A DNA stretch of 64,000 bases from an uncultured Chitinophagales bacterium (GCA_964538485.1 CAZIHJ010000003.1:3097-67096), one strand, 5' to 3'. Shown: positions 49,205 to 59,810, counted from the first letter of the stretch. Numbers and translations are program-made. Notes: generated by a model not told the origin, from the sequence alone.

Positions 49205-49731
49205 GAATAGCCAATGGAGGAAGATGAGGATGGTGGTTCATTAAAAGTATAGGAAGAATGGAGGGAAGTTGCAAGGAGGGTGCGGCGTTGTTATATCTGT
49301 ATAGTGCGGTTAGGCGACATTATGTCGTTATTCTCGAATGTGGGTCATGCCGAATATAGCCGAACTTGCAAAGGAAGGCACCCGAATCTTACAGAGTTTT
49401 CTGCGGAGAGTCAAGAAAATGGTTGTCACTTTCTTTCCGAGAAAGAAAGTGACCAAAGAAATCCTTCCGCAATCGCAACACACAGCAAATGTAACACCGT
49501 CGTGGTTAAGGTGCGATTCTGGTTGTCGAACGTATTGGGTTCTTTAGTGTTTAGTGTAATGTCACCAGAATCGCAAAGCTCGGTCTGAATCTCCTCGCAC
49601 ACAGCCAGCGATTGCGGACATCTGGGATAAAAGGAGACAAGCCGTCAAACTTCTTGCCAAGAGAGATTAGGGTGAGTTCTAATCTATCCATCAGCATCTT
49701 GGCGATACTTTGCGTCTTTGCGTGAGGCCTA

Positions 49732-50706
49732 CTACGGCTCGTCGAGCGTGGCGGCTACCACTGCGTGGCCTCTGCTCGACAAATGCATATGGTCGCCGTA
49801 CAAGAATAATTCGCGCGATGCCACTCCTGATCCGGCAAACTGGTCGAAGAGATCAATGACCGGGATGCCATTCTGTTTCATTGCAGATCGAATCATCTCT
49901 TGTGGCAACAGCAACGATGTAGTCTTCATCCTCACCTGATACTCGTACGGGATCAATACCACAGTCACGGGAAGGCCACTCTGCTCAATGCTCTTGACAA
50001 GCTCAACAAGTTCAGTCATTGCTCGTGTTGCTTCTGATGTCCCTCGCTCATAATATCCAAAGTCATACTCGAAATATGTCTTGCTCCGGTCAAACAAAAT
50101 ATTCTTCAACCAAAGATAGAGCTTTGAATAGTTACGGAAGAATGCGAGATATTCATTTGATCCGACAGCAAGCGGTTCAGTGCCATAAAAATCGTTGAGG
50201 GAGTAGCAGATGAGAACGCGACGAATTGTCGGGTCATGGCGCAGCACCGTTGTAGCGACGTCCGCGTATTCATGTACGGAGTATCCCACAGCGCCGGTAT
50301 TGATGACACGCCATTGAGGATGTGCGTGCTGGACGCGTCCAGCGAACGTACTTTCCGCCTCAACACCGACACCGAACAGCACCGAGTCACCAATCAACAG
50401 CAGTGTTGAGTCTGCCGTTGCCGGCGCGCCAATATCGCGAAACCCCTCATGGTTGATACGCACTTCGGTGCCGAATGACACACCTGTTGCATCGGGTTGC
50501 CAGCCAAACGTTGAACCGAAGGCATGTTCGCGAACGAGATGACGTTCCGTCCCCTGGAAATTGATCCCGGGAAAGAACAGGCGGACAATAAACTCTGCCA
50601 ACAGAAGGATGATGACAACAAAAAGGAAGGAATAGAGTGAAAGGAGGAGTTTGCTTCTCACAGATTCGTCCGACTGTACAGCCAACGGATCACCATGACG
50701 TCCCAT
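49732..50706 (-). CDS. SGNH/GDSL-family hydrolase with N-terminal TM anchor
   Basis: GDSVLFG (GDS block) and DHMHLSSRGH (DxxH block). Confidence 0.65.
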   Translation of the reverse strand: MGRHGDPLAVQSDESVRSKLLLSLYSFLFVVIILLLAEFIVRLFFPGINFQGTERHLVREHAFGSTFGWQPDATGVSFGTEVRINHEGFRDIGAPATADSTLLLIGDSVLFGVGVEAESTFAGRVQHAHPQWRVINTGAVGYSVHEYADVATTVLRHDPTIRRVLICYSLNDFYGTEPLAVGSNEYLAFFRNYSKLYLWLKNILFDRSKTYFEYDFGYYERGTSEATRAMTELVELVKSIEQSGLPVTVVLIPYEYQVRMKTTSLLLPQEMIRSAMKQNGIPVIDLFDQFAGSGVASRELFLYGDHMHLSSRGHAVVAATLDEP

Positions 50707-50848
50707 CGCGGAACACGTTTACCCAGACGAGAATAATCAGCATGACGATTGCGACGAGAATGGAGATTTTATGTTCTTTGGATAAGCTCATAGGACTTCC
50801 AGGATGCGGATGTTGAATTGAGACCGTGATGCATCATTTTGTGGTTGC

Positions 50849-51898
50849 TCAAATTTTAGAGAGTTCGTTCTTGAGATGATCAATTACCGCAACGGGCATC
50901 GGGTCCTCTTTGTGGAGGATTGCGAGGTAATAGCTCACCCAGTCGCCGAGATACACGAGTGAAAACATTCGTGCCAGCAGTGACGTTCCCTCGCTCCAAA
51001 CTTCGGTTATGCGCGTAGTGTGTTCGCCGATGATTTGCTTTGTAATGTCCATGCGATACGCGATGCGTTTGTGATCGCCTTTGTCCCGGAGGAAGAAGAC
51101 TTGCGTCTCTCGCATCATCTCGGAGAGTACCTTCCAGCCAACGAGTTCGTTGTGGTTCATTTCAGGGAGGACGTGACCGAAGAGCAATGATTTGGCATTC
51201 TCTGCGATCTGTCCGCGCCAGCGTGTGTTCACAGCATCAAATCGCTCGGTCGATGAATAGACAACACCCGGTCGTCCCTTCAATTGCGCAGCAAGCTGCA
51301 GCGCCATATTCGTTGATTCATCAGGCGTACCATATTCCGTCGACTTCTCCTCGAGTAGTTTGATGGTTTCCCGAATGTCCCGGGTTTTGTTCTTGATGAA
51401 CCCCATCTTGCCCAATGCGATAAGAAGAGGGAAGAACGAATACCCCAGCGCGCATCGCGGTGGCAAACCACCGGGGATGGTAATTAGCGGTGTACGCTTT
51501 GCCTTCGCCAGTTTTGCAGTCACCCCATTGGAAGAGATACAGAGAATTTTTGCCCGTCGTTTGATTGCCTCCCGATGCGCGGCGTTTGTTTCTTCCGTGT
51601 TGCCCGAGTAGCTCGAAATAATGACAAGAGTCTTCGTACCGACGAATTTCGGCAGCGAATAACTCCTGTTTACTGTAAACGGGACGGTAAGTTCATCAGC
51701 GAGATAACTCTTGAGCAAATCGCCGCCGATTGCCGAACCACCCAAACCGCACAAGACGATATTCTCAATTCCTTTTGACGGTAACCTGACGTTTGCAGCA
51801 TTGCCGATCTTGGCTGCTTCTTGCGCCTGTGAAGGAAATTGTTTGATGAGATTGTACACATTGGAAACATCGACAGCAAAGATTTCTTCAAACCTCAT
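50849..51898 (-). CDS. bifunctional phosphoglucose/phosphomannose isomerase (SIS-domain, archaeal-type PGI/PMI)
   Basis: Two SIS-like halves with GLGGSAIGGD and GYSGNTEET. Confidence 0.7.
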   Translation of the reverse strand: MRFEEIFAVDVSNVYNLIKQFPSQAQEAAKIGNAANVRLPSKGIENIVLCGLGGSAIGGDLLKSYLADELTVPFTVNRSYSLPKFVGTKTLVIISSYSGNTEETNAAHREAIKRRAKILCISSNGVTAKLAKAKRTPLITIPGGLPPRCALGYSFFPLLIALGKMGFIKNKTRDIRETIKLLEEKSTEYGTPDESTNMALQLAAQLKGRPGVVYSSTERFDAVNTRWRGQIAENAKSLLFGHVLPEMNHNELVGWKVLSEMMRETQVFFLRDKGDHKRIAYRMDITKQIIGEHTTRITEVWSEGTSLLARMFSLVYLGDWVSYYLAILHKEDPMPVAVIDHLKNELSKI

Positions 51899-51923
51899 TG
51901 GACTCGCCTCTTTATTGTTCGCA

Positions 51924-53693
51924 CTATTCTTCTATAGGTATATCGGGGAGTTTGCTCTTGACAAACTCGGCAAGGTATCCCCGGATTTCATTTTCTGTGG
52001 AGAACGTAAGCACCTTGTCGGCCACGCGTTTTGCTTCTTTGTATTTGATGGAACGAATGATCTTCTTGATCTCCGGCAGGATCGAAGGGATGACGCTGAA
52101 TTCATCGAGTCCCATACCAACCAGTAAGACTGTGGCAAGAGGATCGCCAGCCATTTCACCACACATTCCCACCCATTTATTTCTTTTGTGACCGGCGGTG
52201 ATAATAGACTTGATCGTGCGGACGACTGCGGGATTAAATTCCTGATATAGTGAAGCAACAGCAGCGTTGCCGCGATCAACTGCAAGCAGATACTGGATCA
52301 AGTCGTTTGTGCCTATGCTCAGGAAGTCCGCTTCTTCGGCGATTTCTTCGGCGAGGAGCGCTGCCGCAGGTACTTCGATCATCACACCGATCTGAACATT
52401 TGCATCGAAGGGGATATTCTTTGCAGCAAGTTCTCCTTTTGCCTGTGCAAGCAGCTCCCGGGCCTTACGGACTTCCTGCAGACTGGATATCATCGGAAAC
52501 AAAATGCGGACATTTTTTTTCACACTGGCCCTGAGCAATGCGCGTAAGTGCGTCAGGAACATATCCGGGCGGTCGAGGCAAATGCGAATCCCGCGCCAGC
52601 CAAGAAAGGGGTTTTCTTCGTGGAGCGATTCACCGGCGATCTTATCGCCTCCGATATCGAATGTTCTGAAAATGACAGGGTGAGGGAACGTTCCTTCGGC
52701 GATTGCCTTGTATTCGAGATACTGCTCATCTTCGGTAGGGAAGGTCGTCCTTCCCATCAATTGACTCTCGGTCCTGTACAGACCGATTCCTGCGGAACCC
52801 TGCTCACGGGCAAATGCGAGTTCGTTCTCAAATTCAAGGTTTGCCGAAAGCTCAATCTGGCGGTGATCAAGAGTCTCGGCAGCAAGCCCGGAGATTCCGG
52901 AGAGATGTTGCTCAAAATCCTTGAAGCGCTGCATCTTCCTTTGCAAACTCTTTATTGTCTCTTCGCCGGGATTGATGACAACAATACCGCCATAGCCATC
53001 GATAGCTATATGATCACCGGTATGAATCTGCTGCGTCGCAGTTCTTAGCGCGACCACCGCGGGGGTTTTCAGTGAGCGTGAAAGCAGGGCTGCGTGAGAT
53101 GCCGTGCCGCCGAAATCCGTTGCATAGCCGAGAATCTGGTTCCTGCTGAAGATCACGGTATCTGCCGGTGTGAGGGATTCCGAGACGACGATGGACTCGC
53201 CCTCAAGTTTGGAGAAGAGTTTCTGATCCTGAATATTCCGGATGATTCTGTTCATCACGTCATCGACGTCATTTGCACGCTCGTGCATGTACTCATCCGG
53301 CGCAGCAAGCATGAGGCGTTTGTACTTGCCGATTTCGTCCATGACGACATACTCGGAGTTTTTCAATTCCTCCGTGATTCGTTTTTCGATCTCACCCATC
53401 AAGATTTGATCGTGGAGGATCATGATCTGTGCTTCGAAGATCTTTGCGCTTTGCGTGCCCAGCTTCTGCTCCGCAAATGAGAGGATCTTTTGCAACTCCC
53501 TTTCCGATCGTTCAAGCGCCGCATGCAGGCGATCGATCTCGGCGTCGACATCCGGAGCAAGAATACTCTTGAGTCTGACGCGAGGGACATGCTTGCTGTA
53601 GAGGTACGCCGGACCTATGGCAATGCCCGGTGCCGCCGGGATGCCTTTGAGAATAATCTCCTGTGGTTCGGGGATGGGTTGTTCGATGGTCAT
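51924..53693 (-). CDS. ptsI: phosphoenolpyruvate-protein phosphotransferase (PTS enzyme I)
   Basis: 589 aa with the His-domain GGxxSHAAL motif (GGTASHAALLSR) and a PEP-utilising C-terminal domain. Confidence 0.9.
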   Translation of the reverse strand: MTIEQPIPEPQEIILKGIPAAPGIAIGPAYLYSKHVPRVRLKSILAPDVDAEIDRLHAALERSERELQKILSFAEQKLGTQSAKIFEAQIMILHDQILMGEIEKRITEELKNSEYVVMDEIGKYKRLMLAAPDEYMHERANDVDDVMNRIIRNIQDQKLFSKLEGESIVVSESLTPADTVIFSRNQILGYATDFGGTASHAALLSRSLKTPAVVALRTATQQIHTGDHIAIDGYGGIVVINPGEETIKSLQRKMQRFKDFEQHLSGISGLAAETLDHRQIELSANLEFENELAFAREQGSAGIGLYRTESQLMGRTTFPTEDEQYLEYKAIAEGTFPHPVIFRTFDIGGDKIAGESLHEENPFLGWRGIRICLDRPDMFLTHLRALLRASVKKNVRILFPMISSLQEVRKARELLAQAKGELAAKNIPFDANVQIGVMIEVPAAALLAEEIAEEADFLSIGTNDLIQYLLAVDRGNAAVASLYQEFNPAVVRTIKSIITAGHKRNKWVGMCGEMAGDPLATVLLVGMGLDEFSVIPSILPEIKKIIRSIKYKEAKRVADKVLTFSTENEIRGYLAEFVKSKLPDIPIEE

Positions 53694-53965
53694 TGTTCGT
53701 CGAATCCACGTTCGAATAATTCCACAACCGCCGCCGCTGCGGCTTCCTCATCCTCTCCCTCAAAGCGCAGCATCAAGGTTGATCCCTGTTCTGCCGCCAG
53801 CGTCATCACTCCAATGATGCTCTTGCCGTTGATCTCGAAGCCATCCTTCTGAATCAGGAATTCCGCCTTAAACCGGGCGGCTGTTTTGACGAGTGTTGCT
53901 GCCGGTCGTGTATGCAAGCCGGCTCTGTTCTTTATTGTTACTTCGCGTTCGATCACCCTATGCAC
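53690..53965 (-). CDS. ptsH: phosphocarrier protein HPr
   Basis: GLHTRPAA (His15) and GKSIIGVMTL (Ser46). A GTG start at 53965 lies 2 nt after the upstream stop; the 160-aa track ORF is an upstream extension. Confidence 0.65.
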   Translation of the reverse strand: MHRVIEREVTIKNRAGLHTRPAATLVKTAARFKAEFLIQKDGFEINGKSIIGVMTLAAEQGSTLMLRFEGEDEEAAAAAVVELFERGFDEQ

Positions 53966-54962
53966 TCCGGTGCAGCAGGTGTTCGGAAAACCATTTGAGC
54001 ATATGTGTTGCGCGATTCTGTGGAAGCCCGGCAAGTGCCCGCACGGCCGCACGTGTTTCCCTATCAATCTGCACGCGTGCCGCCTCGATGACGCCGTATT
54101 TTTCATAGATCGAAGTAACGGTAGCCACTCTTCGTTTCCGGTTGGCGGCAGACAGGGTCTTGTTGCCGCCATCGGTCATGACACGGGCGAGCAGCTCCTT
54201 GTCGCCGCCCCGCGCGCGCTGCCAGGCAGTGAGAAGCAAAAAGGTCTTCTTGCCTTCCGTAATATCACCACCGACTTTCTTGCCGAACGCCTTCTCATCC
54301 GCAACGACATCGAGCAGATCATCCTGGAGTTGAAACGCTCTGCCAAGCGCGTGGCCGAACTTGCGAAGCTGACGGATTTGTATCGCTGTTCCTCCGCCGA
54401 TAATGCCCCCAAGTTCTGTCGACATCGAGAGGAGACGCGCTGTTTTCTTTCCGGTCATCATAAAGTATTCTTTGAGAGACACTGTTGCGCGCCGTTCGAA
54501 CTCAAGATCAAGCGCCTGCCCTTCGCAGACTTCGAGTAATCCGCTTGTCAGCAGCGAAACGATGCGATGTGTCTCGCCCGTGCGTTTTGCTGTCATGCTC
54601 TTGTATGCAAGACCGAGCAACACATCACCCACGAGAAGAGCGGTACTGACATTCCATTTACGGTGCACTGTTGGTCGACCGCGCCTCGCGTCGGCATTGT
54701 CCATGATATCGTCATGCACGAGTGTGAAATTATGCATGATTTCCACGGCAGCCCCTGCATGAACAGCATCACGTACCCGGCCTCCGACGGCTTCGCACGA
54801 AAGGAGAAGCAAAACAGCGCGGACCCGTTTCCCGCCTGCCGCAAGCACATAGTTGCACCCCTCTTCAATGTCGCGCGATTCCCAAACGCCGGCAAGATTT
54901 TTGACTCGACTGTCGATCAGTTTCCTGAGGGATGTGTAGCGGCGGTCAAACTCTTTATGCAT
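53958..54962 (-). CDS. polyprenyl (geranylgeranyl/farnesyl) diphosphate synthase
   Basis: FARM LVHDDIMD and SARM DDLLD motifs. Confidence 0.85.
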   Translation of the reverse strand: MHKEFDRRYTSLRKLIDSRVKNLAGVWESRDIEEGCNYVLAAGGKRVRAVLLLLSCEAVGGRVRDAVHAGAAVEIMHNFTLVHDDIMDNADARRGRPTVHRKWNVSTALLVGDVLLGLAYKSMTAKRTGETHRIVSLLTSGLLEVCEGQALDLEFERRATVSLKEYFMMTGKKTARLLSMSTELGGIIGGGTAIQIRQLRKFGHALGRAFQLQDDLLDVVADEKAFGKKVGGDITEGKKTFLLLTAWQRARGGDKELLARVMTDGGNKTLSAANRKRRVATVTSIYEKYGVIEAARVQIDRETRAAVRALAGLPQNRATHMLKWFSEHLLHRSA

Positions 54963-56013
54963 GCGATGTGTATTTGACGAGTTGGGCGCGCTGTAATTCG
55001 GTAATGGTTCGAGAGCCGGTGAGGAACATTGCCCCTTTCAATTCTTGCTCCCACAACGCTATCAGATCCAGTGCTCCCTTTGCGCCGCGTTTGAACAGCG
55101 CCTGCAACACGGGTCGCGCAGATGACGCAATATCGGCTCCAAGTGCGATGGATTTTCCGATATCGAGACCGTTCTCGATTCCCCCAGAGGCTATTAATGT
55201 GAATATTCGTCCACCGGATTTAAGCGCGGCTGTTTCCCGAACAGCATGTGCAGTCGGTATTCCCCAATCCCAAAAGGTTCTTGTGAAGTCGCTCCTTTTT
55301 CTGCGCAGGATTTCCACTCCGGCCCAACTTGTCCCCCCGGCACCGGCAATATCAATGTAGCGAACACCAACATCAAGCAAACGTGCAGAAACAGCGGCTG
55401 AGAGCCCGGCACCGATCTCCTTCACGATAATTGGAACCTGCAGTCCTCTCACAAGGCGTTCGATCCCCGCAAGGACGCCAGCAAAGTCGGTGGATCCTTC
55501 CGGTTGAAGGAACTCCTGGAGCGGGTTAAGATGCACCGCAAACCCATCGGCGTTGATAAGATCGACGAGTCGTTGGGCCGGTTCGGCAGACTGAAGCTTT
55601 GCGACTTCAGCCGCTCCGATATTCCCAATGATCGGGATTGATGGGGCAACTTCTCGAACGATGCTGAATGTCTTGTGGTATAGCGTGTCTTCCAGGGCCT
55701 GTCGTTGACTCCCTACGCCCATCGGTATTCCAACCGACTCACATACTTCCGCCAATTGCCTGTTTATTGTGAGTGCGTTAGGATAGCCCCCCGTCATACA
55801 GGAGACCATAAATGGAAGTGCAATTCTGTGTGAAAGAAACTCGCTGGATGTGTCGAGATCGGAGAAATTGAACTCCGGTAAAGCGTTATGAACGAACTCC
55901 AGGTCGCCTAGGCCTGTAGTTTTCGATTGAAAACGTACATCTTTGTTGACCGTAAGTTCTACGTGTTGTTGTTTGCGGGATGAAGTGCTCCGCTGCGAGG
56001 TCTTCTTTGGCAT
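54955..56013 (-). CDS. fni: isopentenyl-diphosphate delta-isomerase, type 2 (FMN-dependent)
   Basis: TIM-barrel FMN enzyme with VSCMTGG and GGIENGLD motifs. Confidence 0.85.
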   Translation of the reverse strand: MPKKTSQRSTSSRKQQHVELTVNKDVRFQSKTTGLGDLEFVHNALPEFNFSDLDTSSEFLSHRIALPFMVSCMTGGYPNALTINRQLAEVCESVGIPMGVGSQRQALEDTLYHKTFSIVREVAPSIPIIGNIGAAEVAKLQSAEPAQRLVDLINADGFAVHLNPLQEFLQPEGSTDFAGVLAGIERLVRGLQVPIIVKEIGAGLSAAVSARLLDVGVRYIDIAGAGGTSWAGVEILRRKRSDFTRTFWDWGIPTAHAVRETAALKSGGRIFTLIASGGIENGLDIGKSIALGADIASSARPVLQALFKRGAKGALDLIALWEQELKGAMFLTGSRTITELQRAQLVKYTSHA

Positions 56014-56257
56014 TGCCTGTCATGGTAGGAATTCTGTGCAAAAAATTAACCAATTCGATTTAGAGAAGCAAGGTAAGTCGCGGACTTTGGAAATACGATT
56101 GAGTGTTGAATCATGGAAGGAGCATTGAGTGTGCATAATTGAGTCGCCTGTGTTCGGGCGCACCATCTTTTGTTGCTTCTCTTAGTATAGTTGTGTACCT
56201 TTATTGTCAAATTTTCTGCAAATCAGGCGTTATTGACCACATTTTAGAACCCATGCA

Positions 56258-57235
56258 ATGAGAGCTATCATTCCGGTCGCCGGCGTTGGCAGTAGATTAC
56301 GTCCGCATACATATATGTTGCCCAAAGTGCTGCTGAATGTTGCCGGCAAGCCCATCCTCGGTCACATTCTCGACAAGATTATTGGAGAGGGAATACACGA
56401 AGCAACACTCGTTGTTGGCCACATGGGGGATAAGATTCGTGAGTATGTGTCGCAGGCCTACCCAAAATTTCGAGCTGACTATGTTGAGCAGGAGGAACGC
56501 CTCGGGCTTGGGCACGCAATCTATCTTTCCCGCCAGACACTGGGCAGTGAGCCTGTTCTCATCATCCTCGGTGACACGATCTTCGATGTTGATCTCGGCC
56601 CAGTCTTAAAGGCAAAAACATCATCTCTTGGCGTCAAACATGTCGATGATCCGCGTCGTTTCGGTGTCGCCGAAATTAAGAATGGTCAGATCCACCGCCT
56701 CGTGGAAAAGCCGGAAAAGCCGATCAGCAATCTTGCGATCGTCGGTCTGTACTACTTGTTGAATACTCCACTCCTTGTGTCCTGCTTGAATGAACTCGTC
56801 GACAAGGATCTACGCACCAAAGGTGAGTACCAGTTGACGGATGCCCTGCAGATGATGATAGAGCGGGGGGAAAAAATGACGACATTCGATGTCGATGGCT
56901 GGTTTGACTGCGGCAAGCCGGAGACTCTTCTTTCTACGAATCGCGCGCTCCTCGAAAAGAAATCCACTTCTCGTAAGATGGAAGGTGTTGTTGTGAACGA
57001 ACCGGTCTACATTTCTCCCAAGGCCATGCTCAAAGATTGCATCATCGGTCCCTACACCACCGTGGGTGATAACGCACAGATTTCCGAATCGGTAATCAGA
57101 AATTCGATTATCGGTGAAGAGGCGCATGTCCAGCGTGCAATGCTTGACAGTTCAATTGTAGGGAACGGCTCAGTCGTCAAGGGGGGGTACAAGCGCATCA
57201 ATGTTGGTGGTTCGTCGGAGATTGATTTCTATTAG
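56258..57235 (+). CDS. sugar-1-phosphate nucleotidyltransferase with a C-terminal left-handed beta-helix
   Basis: MRAIIPVAGVGSRLRP...KVLL NTP-transferase motif, plus C-terminal hexapeptide repeats. Confidence 0.75.
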   Translation: MRAIIPVAGVGSRLRPHTYMLPKVLLNVAGKPILGHILDKIIGEGIHEATLVVGHMGDKIREYVSQAYPKFRADYVEQEERLGLGHAIYLSRQTLGSEPVLIILGDTIFDVDLGPVLKAKTSSLGVKHVDDPRRFGVAEIKNGQIHRLVEKPEKPISNLAIVGLYYLLNTPLLVSCLNELVDKDLRTKGEYQLTDALQMMIERGEKMTTFDVDGWFDCGKPETLLSTNRALLEKKSTSRKMEGVVVNEPVYISPKAMLKDCIIGPYTTVGDNAQISESVIRNSIIGEEAHVQRAMLDSSIVGNGSVVKGGYKRINVGGSSEIDFY

Positions 57236-57307
57236 CGACGGGCGTGAGCTGTCTGTCGTTGTTCGTAAAGATTAGATAACTCATTAAAGTACATTTTCGA
57301 GGTTGAC

Positions 57308-58471
57308 ATGTCGTATTTATTCACTTCTGAGTCTGTTTCTGAAGGACATCCCGATAAGGTCGCAGACCAGATTTCTGATGCGGTTCTTGATGAAATGTTA
57401 AGGCAGGATCCCCATTCGCGGGTTGCCTGCGAAACACTGGTGACAACAGGACAAGTTGTGGTTGCGGGGGAGGTCACAACAAACGCATGGGTGAATATCC
57501 CCGATGTTGTACGTCGAGTTATCCGTGAGATCGGTTACACAAAAGCCGAGTATATGTTTGAAGCCAACTCGTGCGGTATTCTTACAGCATTACACTCCCA
57601 ATCACCTGATATTGCCCAGGGCGTTGATGTCAACAAGAAGAAGAAAAAGAAACAGGGAGCGGGCGACCAGGGAATGATGTTCGGTTACGCCACAGACGAA
57701 ACCCCCGAATTCATGCCGATGGCTCTCCAGTATTCTCACAAGCTGGTAAAACGTCTTGCCGATATACGAAAGAACAATCCCAAGTTGATGCCATATCTCC
57801 GTCCCGATGCAAAGTCTCAAGTAACAGTGGAGTACCGCGGCCGCAAGCCGGTTCGTGTCCACACCGTCGTTATCTCCACACAACACGATGCCAATATTTC
57901 CCAGCAGAAAATTCGTCGGGATGTAACGAAGCATGTTGTTGAGCATGTTATTCCCAAGCACCTCCGCGACAGTTCGCTGATCATACACGTCAACCCCACA
58001 GGGAAATTCGAGATTGGTGGACCACACGGAGACAGCGGGCTTACGGGCCGGAAGATCATTGTAGATACATACGGGGGGCGAGCGCCGCATGGTGGCGGGG
58101 CTTTTTCTGGAAAAGACCCTTCGAAAGTGGACCGCAGCGCAGCGTATGCGGCGCGCCACATAGCAAAGAACGTAGTCGGCGCGGGTTTGGCCAACGAGTG
58201 TCTGATTCAGGTCGCTTATGCCATTGGTGTTGCCGAGCCTGTGTCAATTCATGTGGACACGATCGGTACGGGACGCATTCCGGACGCTGAGCTTGAGAGA
58301 GTGATCAAGAAAGAAATTGACATGACGCCCGCAGGGTTGATTGCACGATTACAATTGCGGCGCCCGATTTACAGGAAGACTGCCGCCTATGGCCACTTCG
58401 GACGGAATGAAAAGGATTTTACCTGGGAGCAGCTAGATCTTGTCAAAACGCTCCAGCGAGCTATTCGATAA
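57308..58471 (+). CDS. metK: S-adenosylmethionine synthase
   Basis: [16 protein letters not shown] and GGGAFSGKD motifs. Confidence 0.9.
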   Translation: MSYLFTSESVSEGHPDKVADQISDAVLDEMLRQDPHSRVACETLVTTGQVVVAGEVTTNAWVNIPDVVRRVIREIGYTKAEYMFEANSCGILTALHSQSPDIAQGVDVNKKKKKKQGAGDQGMMFGYATDETPEFMPMALQYSHKLVKRLADIRKNNPKLMPYLRPDAKSQVTVEYRGRKPVRVHTVVISTQHDANISQQKIRRDVTKHVVEHVIPKHLRDSSLIIHVNPTGKFEIGGPHGDSGLTGRKIIVDTYGGRAPHGGGAFSGKDPSKVDRSAAYAARHIAKNVVGAGLANECLIQVAYAIGVAEPVSIHVDTIGTGRIPDAELERVIKKEIDMTPAGLIARLQLRRPIYRKTAAYGHFGRNEKDFTWEQLDLVKTLQRAIR

Positions 58472-58510
58472 CAACACAGCCATCACATTCATCATATTAC
58501 GCAGGGAACA

Positions 58511-59791
58511 ATGGATTACAAAGCAGGGAAGTACAAGGTCGCCGATCTCAAACTCGCAGATGAAGGACAAAAGCTCGTTGAGTGGGCAGAAACGCGTATG
58601 CCGGTGCTTATGGCGTTGCGCGCAAAATACCGGAAGACAAAACCGTTGAAGGGGTACCGCATTGCCGGGTGTCTTCATGTTACCAAGGAAACGGCGGTTC
58701 TCGTCAAGACATTTGTTGAAGCTGGTGCAGAAGTAAGCTGGAGTGGATGCAACCCGCTTTCTACCAATGATGCTGTTGCGGCTGCTCTCGCCGCCGATGG
58801 AACTTCCATCTTTGCATGGCATGGCATGGATGTAAAGGATTTTTATTGGTGCATTGAGGAGACGCTGAAATTTCATCCAAATCTCACGCTGGACGATGGA
58901 GCGGATTTGATTTTTACAATTCACAACAAACATCCGGAATTTGCCGAGAAGTATGTGATTGGAGGGACGGAGGAAACAACGACCGGAGTCCATCGTCTGC
59001 GGGCAATGGCTGCTGATGGTGCATTGAAGTATCCTGTCATCGCAGTAAACGACGCCGAAACCAAATGGGATTTTGATAACGTGTTTGGCACCGGACAGTC
59101 CACGCTCGATGGTGTTCTGCGTGCAACCAGTGTTCTGCTTGCCGGCAAGAACGTCGTGGTTGCCGGCTACGGACATTGTGGACGCGGAGTTGCATCAAGA
59201 GCAAAGGGTCTTGGAGCGAACGTGATCGTTACGGAAATCAAACCGACTGCCGCATTGAAAGCAACTCTCGACGGTATACGGGTGATGACGATGGATGAGG
59301 CTGCAAAGGTTGGCGACATCTTTATCACGGCAACCGGTGTAAAGGATATCATAGTAAAACGCCACTTCCAGTCAATGAAGGACGGTGCCATCGTATGTAA
59401 CACGGGCCACTACGACTGCGAGTTGAACCTGAATGATCTCGCCAAGATTACCAAGTCAAAACGAGAGGTGCGGGCGAATAACGAAGAATATGTGCTGAAA
59501 AACGGTCGACGCGTTTACGTTCTTGCACAAGGCAGACTTGTGAATCTCGCGGCTGCTGAAGGGCATCCTTCCGAAGTCATGGACATGTCATTTGCAAACC
59601 AGTTCATGTCGCAACTTCGGTTGGCGGAGGCACACAAGAAGGGGAAACGTCTCGAAAATACAGTACACGATATCCCGGCCGCGCAGGACCAGGAGATTGC
59701 CCGCGTCAAGCTTGCTACCCAGGGACTTTCCATTGATGAACTTTCAACGGATCAGCTCAAATATATGAATGACTACAGTTCCGGAACGTAG
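58511..59791 (+). CDS. ahcY: adenosylhomocysteinase
   Basis: 426 aa with the NAD-binding GYGHCGRG motif and the HxTxE region. Confidence 0.9.
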   Translation: MDYKAGKYKVADLKLADEGQKLVEWAETRMPVLMALRAKYRKTKPLKGYRIAGCLHVTKETAVLVKTFVEAGAEVSWSGCNPLSTNDAVAAALAADGTSIFAWHGMDVKDFYWCIEETLKFHPNLTLDDGADLIFTIHNKHPEFAEKYVIGGTEETTTGVHRLRAMAADGALKYPVIAVNDAETKWDFDNVFGTGQSTLDGVLRATSVLLAGKNVVVAGYGHCGRGVASRAKGLGANVIVTEIKPTAALKATLDGIRVMTMDEAAKVGDIFITATGVKDIIVKRHFQSMKDGAIVCNTGHYDCELNLNDLAKITKSKREVRANNEEYVLKNGRRVYVLAQGRLVNLAAAEGHPSEVMDMSFANQFMSQLRLAEAHKKGKRLENTVHDIPAAQDQEIARVKLATQGLSIDELSTDQLKYMNDYSSGT

Positions 59792-59810
59792 TCATCGAAC
59801 GTCTGTAAAC

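Noticed and set aside
53966-54172. 69-aa N-terminal extension making HPr 160 aa
   Set aside because: It overlaps the 3' end of the polyprenyl synthase gene. HPr homology starts at the GTG (53965), giving a canonical HPr of about 91 aa.
57236-57307. Possible SAM riboswitch upstream of metK
   Set aside because: Only about 70 nt of intergenic sequence is present, and none of the conserved SAM-I/II/IV core elements is visible. It is too short for a SAM aptamer plus expression platform.
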